This document shows, piece by piece, positions 62,929-64,000 of a stretch of DNA of 64,000 bases. The position numbers and the translations under genes were made by a program. The notes under the pieces were generated by a model, which had not been told where the DNA came from, searched no databases, and saw nothing but the letters and a program-made list of their open reading frames with translations. Numbering within the stretch: position 1 is the first letter of the stretch; every line of letters starts with the position of its first letter. The stretch lies in assembly GCA_963755025.1 (NCBI GenBank), contig CAVWIH010000014.1:352001-416000 (forward strand), read 5' to 3'. This DNA is from an uncultured Actinomycetes bacterium (lineage in GTDB: Bacteria > Actinomycetota > Thermoleophilia > UBA2241).

Positions 62929-63744
62929 TCAGTCCAGACCGTACTTCTCCGCCACCGCGCCGGGCTCGGCGCCCGCCTTCACGACCTCCTGCAACGCTTC
63001 GAGGAACCGCTCGGGCTCCTTGGCGCAGACCACGTTGCGCCCGAACACCACACCACGGGCGCCGTCGCGGATGGCGGTGGCGGCCAGCTCGAGCGCGTCG
63101 ATCTCGCGGTCGGCCTTCTTGGAGCCCAGGGCGAGGATGGGCACGGGCGTCGACCGCACGACCTCGGCGAACCGGTCGCCCGTGTGGAAGGTCTTGATGA
63201 GATCGACCCCAAGCTCGGCGACGATCCGGCAGCCGATCGAGATCTGCTCGTGGCGCTCTTCGGGGGCGACATCCTCGTGTCCGGCCGGATACACCTCGCC
63301 GACGATCGGCACTCCCGCCTCGCGCTTCTGCGCGACGCAGCGTGCGACCTCGGCCACGTTCTCGGCGTCGACCGCCTCTGAGCCGGTCTTGATGGACATG
63401 CCCACGAGCACGATGTCCGCACCCAGAGCGACCGCCTGCGCGGCCGAGAGCATGGGGACCGTGCGGCTCTCGTGGTACCCCCACTGGCTCGCGTACTGGG
63501 TGCCCCAGTTGAGCCGGAGCAACAGCGCCGGCGCCCCGCGGGTGCCGAACACCCTGGCCGTGTGGGCCACCATCCCGGGGCTCATCAGGATCGCGTCGGC
63601 GCCCTTCAGGCGCTCGACGAGGGTCCAGGGGTGCTCAAACCCGGGTCGGGGTCCGTTGTACAGGCCGTGGTCGATCGCCACGACGACCGCGTTCGCGCCC
63701 CCGTCAAAGAGCCGGCTCAATCGGATGTCTTCGCCTGTTGACAC
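62929..63744 (-). CDS. Class I aldolase, DhnA/LsrF family
   Basis: VAIDHG, AELGVDLIKT (Schiff-base Lys), GVVFGRNV; GTG after AAAGGAG. Confidence 0.85.
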   Translation of the reverse strand: MSTGEDIRLSRLFDGGANAVVVAIDHGLYNGPRPGFEHPWTLVERLKGADAILMSPGMVAHTARVFGTRGAPALLLRLNWGTQYASQWGYHESRTVPMLSAAQAVALGADIVLVGMSIKTGSEAVDAENVAEVARCVAQKREAGVPIVGEVYPAGHEDVAPEERHEQISIGCRIVAELGVDLIKTFHTGDRFAEVVRSTPVPILALGSKKADREIDALELAATAIRDGARGVVFGRNVVCAKEPERFLEALQEVVKAGAEPGAVAEKYGLD

Positions 63745-64000
63745 TCGTGGTTCTCCTTTCGAAGACGCATCGAACAACGCCGCCGGCTCGCGACGACGCC
63801 GGTCCTCCTACCCGTCCAGCCCTCTCGAGACAGCGACAGGATAGCAGCAGGCAAACAGAGGAGTCATAGCCGCCGCCCCGCGGTGACGCCGCCCGCGAAG
63901 ACGGGGTATGAGATGGAGGGGACGGTCTCTCGACGACGACGCACCGGTGGACCTCTACGACCAGACAAAGCACGCACGACGGTGGCTTGGGCGGCGCTTC

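Overview
High-GC (about 70% by eye) bacterial DNA. Its gene content (MreB with an actinobacterial-like N-terminus, ECF-ZAS fusion, partner-switching proteins) suggests a deep-branching actinobacterium such as Thermoleophilia; this taxonomy is inference only. The main discovery is a methylamine:corrinoid methyltransferase system that appears to use pyrrolysine (Pyl). Two MttB-family genes (31535-33001 +; 41683-40210 -) and one MtbB-family gene (45388-43988 -) are each split in the ORF track by one in-frame TAG at the canonical Pyl position, and the frame continues as clear C-terminal methyltransferase sequence. Nearby are a non-Pyl MttB paralog, a corrinoid protein, two APC permeases, a MetE-C-terminal-domain protein and a TetR regulator. 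The palindrome TTAGTTA-N2-TAACTAA sits at both the mtbB and mttB2 promoters. A hairpin conserved at synonymous positions follows the amber codon in both mttB genes, while at least 12 other genes in the window use TAG as an ordinary stop. No pylTSBCD, RamA or canonical MT2 gene is visible in the window. The rest holds a polyamine-type ABC/CocE operon, metY, signalling genes, mmsA, mreB, amtB, redox genes, phosphoketolase and an uncharacterised sugar catabolic cluster. About 13 genes carry apparent frameshifts, most likely long-read or assembly indel errors.
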